Of a stretch of DNA of 64,000 nt, positions 60,831 through 64,000 are shown piece by piece. The stretch's first letter is position 1. Every line of letters begins with the position of its first letter. Below the pieces are notes generated by a model. That model was not told the DNA's origin and searched no databases. It saw only the letters and a program-made list of their open reading frames with translations. The position numbers and the translations under genes are program-made. The DNA comes from Haplodiscus bocki (taxonomy: Eukaryota), in NCBI GenBank assembly GCA_965655095.1, contig OZ296651.1:108314001-108378000 (forward strand), read 5' to 3'.

Positions 60831-63800
60831 ATGCGTTACAAGATGGTTGCTTCAAGACAAGTAGAGATTCCATCTTAAAGAGTAGTCCAAACAAAGTCCA
60901 AAATGTTCTTTTTTCACCATTTACTGCGCACGATACTCAACCGCAGTTATTACCCGCAACTACACGTTTGTGTTCTTCCAACAAGATCTCAATCAGAATC
61001 TCATAACTCGTAGAGGTGTTTTCGACTGAAAAAGTTTTGTTTAATTCAGGGTATCAGACATATAAGATACTGGAGATGCGGAAATCTGCCAATTTATTGA
61101 CAATTCTAAGAATTCAAAGTCTCATTTCTCCGTCACTACAATTCCAAATTCTCCATATAGCTCGGCAGTCAACACATTTTTGTGCTAGAAAGTTTTTGAA
61201 ATGAAAACGACATTCATTTTGTTCCATTCATTGAAAATTTGAAAACTCGAAGAAGCTAAAAAACAGTGCTTTTGAGATTTGGATTTATTTCAGATAATTC
61301 AACTTTTTTCTACTGCTGCTTGAATTCCGACTTCAATGTCCTCATTTGCAGTTTTTTGTTTTTGGTGGACCATGCAATGTCGGAAATTCCATTTCTGTTC
61401 CATGTAACGCAGTCTTGACATTTCGAGAATGCCGAAATCGCTAGCAATACTCTCACATAATTCCCTCTTTTCAAACTCAGTTTTCTTTTTTACTGCTGCC
61501 TTGTTTTCATTGTTCATGATGTACTACCCAAAATATCCACCCAAAATTTTTATCCCACCCAAAATATCCCACAACGGACCAAAATAGGACATAAAGCGGG
61601 ACGTGGACAGGAAAACAAGACGTATAAGACGTATAGAACGCATAAGACGTACAGGACGTGGATATGAAGAAGGATGTGGATGTAGAAAAGATGCAAGGAC
61701 ACATGGTCGTTCTTTTTTTCCTCTCAACTATTAAAAAATCATCACTTCTTCTTTCCACTAATTAAAAAAATCCTTCCAACGCGATAAAAGTTTCCTATTT
61801 TAACTTTTTTACAATTTCAAGTAAGAGTATAATTACTAGGAAATGAAAATTCTTCATTTTAAGAAGATCTTCACCATATGAAGACGATTAAAAAGAAGGT
61901 CAATTGTTGAAATCCTATCAAGTAATTAAGAAAAAGCTATTTTTTGGTCAATGTTCAACCCCCGAACATGACCCCGATTATTTGATCGGAAAAACATCCA
62001 AGTTCGCCCAAAATATTCTAGCTAGAACAGAACGAAATGATATTGTACCTTATGGATTACTCCATGACTACTTACTCGATTGATGTCTCGCTGACTACGC
62101 TGACTCTACCAAAAAATTGATGCATTTTTCTTTATGTTGGGAAAAAACTATCTAAATTCTAGGTGATAAAAAATTATGAAAATAGAAAGAACAACCTTTA
62201 GAAAAGCAAAAACAAAAAAACTGACAAAAAAGTTTTCAAAACAATACAAACCAAATACGAAAATGAGCAGTAAGAAACACAAACCTTAAACGTAAAATCA
62301 GAAAAACAATCAGAAAATCGAAAACGAAAAAGCGCAAAATTAAAAAACTAAAAATAAAAAAATCAAAATCTAACAAAAAGAAAAAACGATGAAATAAAAA
62401 TTAAAAAAACGAAACAATCAAAAATTGAAAAAATGAAGATTAAGAAAACAAAGAGAAAAAAAACAAAAATTAAAAAAACGAACAAAGTTAAAAGATAATA
62501 AAACAGAAGAAATTGAAATGTTAAAGAAATAGAATTCTGAAGTTTTTTCTAATGTTAAGTATGTTTCATTTTACGATGATATTCTCTTTCTTCTTCAAGA
62601 TTAGGATTTTTTCTTGTGATAATACATTTGCAATCGCCTTTCGGAGATAATGTATTTTTTCAGCAAGAGATTCTACTTTGCCTTCTAAAACTATCAATGA
62701 CATTTCGTCCATACACCCAAGTAAACCAAGGAAAATTTTTTCCAATACACCAGTTCTTTTCTATGAATGATCACAAATTTATTTCCGAAGTTGATTTATT
62801 CCATTAATTCTTTCCAGATTATAATGATCACAGATGGTACAGTCATTACGAACGTTTGAAAATTCTCCAAAATCTTTCAATTATAATCTAAAAAACGATA
62901 ACCTAAATTGCACTATTTTGTAGTTTATGAACTTTTTCTTCTGATAATGCTCTTTTAAAAATGCATACTTTAAAATAATCATGTTTGTCTTTTTTTATAT
63001 CCTTGTTTTCATATTTTTTTCCTGAATGAAAACTTTTTCTCTAGAACAAAGATCTAAATCGCGAAATTCTTGATGCTTTTTTAATACTACGCGAATATAA
63101 GCTATATTTATTGTCCAGGTTTACGGAAACCAAATCCATGAACACAAAATTGACACAAAAACGAAAGGTAAAACAATTGAGTTTTAGTGATTTTACAAAA
63201 AAAAACAATATGAAATTCATATTAAAAAGATCAGTCCTCATAGATCCTACGTGAACCGAAATGGACACAGAAGACCTCAAAAGTTCTCAAAAGAAGCCTT
63301 TCACCTGACTGAATCTCAAAAGATTAAAGTAAAAGGTGTTCATTCTAGAACTCATGGCACTGATTTTCTTGGACAAGCTTTTCCATCTAGTTATCGCTCA
63401 CGTTGTATTTATGTTTGCTAAATGTTCGAAGTTATTGAAACTAGAAAAAAAATTATTAAGTACGAAATGAAGTATCACAAACCACTGAACTTTGTGGAAA
63501 GAATCATACCCGACACAACCGAAAGCAGAGCAGAATGTATCAATCTTATATAAAGTCTGTGAACAAGCGAGAAACCAAATGGGAGACACCATTGGAGACA
63601 TGAAGATAGAAATAGTGCAAAAAAAGGTGAAAAAATTTTTGAAGAAAACAAAATATGATCACCAGATTCAAAAAAATTGAGGAGATGAATAAACTAAGAT
63701 TAAAAAAAAATATCATCATAAAGAGGTAGTAGGACTATGAATAGATTGAAAAATCCGCCTACTTATCATAGAAACATTAAAAACAAAAAACATTAGAACT

Positions 63801-64000
63801 AAAAGTTTTATATGAAAGTTTTGTTTTGATACTTAATTATCAATAGAAACAACTTCATAAGAATTACTTATCTGCTTATCACCTTTTGTCCACAATCCCA
63901 TTTATCTAACCGAAACATTGACTTATACAAATTACGACAAATTATATAGGAATCGAATTTTTCGACAACGTCTCTGCAAAAAATAGACAAAATATAAATC

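Larger units (their letters stand above)
52008..60870. mobile_element. Decayed classic-type Polinton C (PolB divergent from ATPase, integrase and penton), truncated on the right
   Basis: AGTAGGAGAG start followed by short tandem repeats, then the gene remnants listed below. Confidence 0.85.

Overview
Repeat-rich, AT-rich eukaryotic (probably invertebrate animal) DNA dominated by decayed endogenous Polinton/Maverick (adintovirus-like) elements. Bases 1-16015 form one nearly end-to-end but pseudogenised element. Its diverged terminal inverted repeats end in ...CTACT on the right, and the left tip lies just outside the window. It encodes a packaging ATPase fused in frame, by deletion, to the C-terminal half of a major capsid protein. 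It also encodes an adenain-like protease, a repeat-shafted fibre-like protein with a MAM-like head, a 2-TM protein, protease-substrate-like core proteins, an HNH nuclease, an rve integrase, Zn-ribbon proteins and a protein-primed PolB. Unusual points are TAAATG at many gene starts, an unannotated 45-aa basic micropeptide gene present at both ends, and unrelated subterminal tandem arrays at the two ends. The middle of the window holds MITE/foldback clusters (16-22 kb, 38.6-39.8 kb), a full-length but frameshifted L2/CR1-type LINE (24.8-28.6 kb, minus), the 3' exons of an unidentified spliced host gene (33.4-40.4 kb, plus), a decayed Gypsy pol (43-45.7 kb) and a 200-N gap. After the gap lie fragments of a related Polinton (46-51.8 kb), a different classic-type Polinton with minus-strand PolB (52-60.9 kb) and unassigned AT-rich remnants. 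All protein assignments are by eye from motifs; no searches were run.
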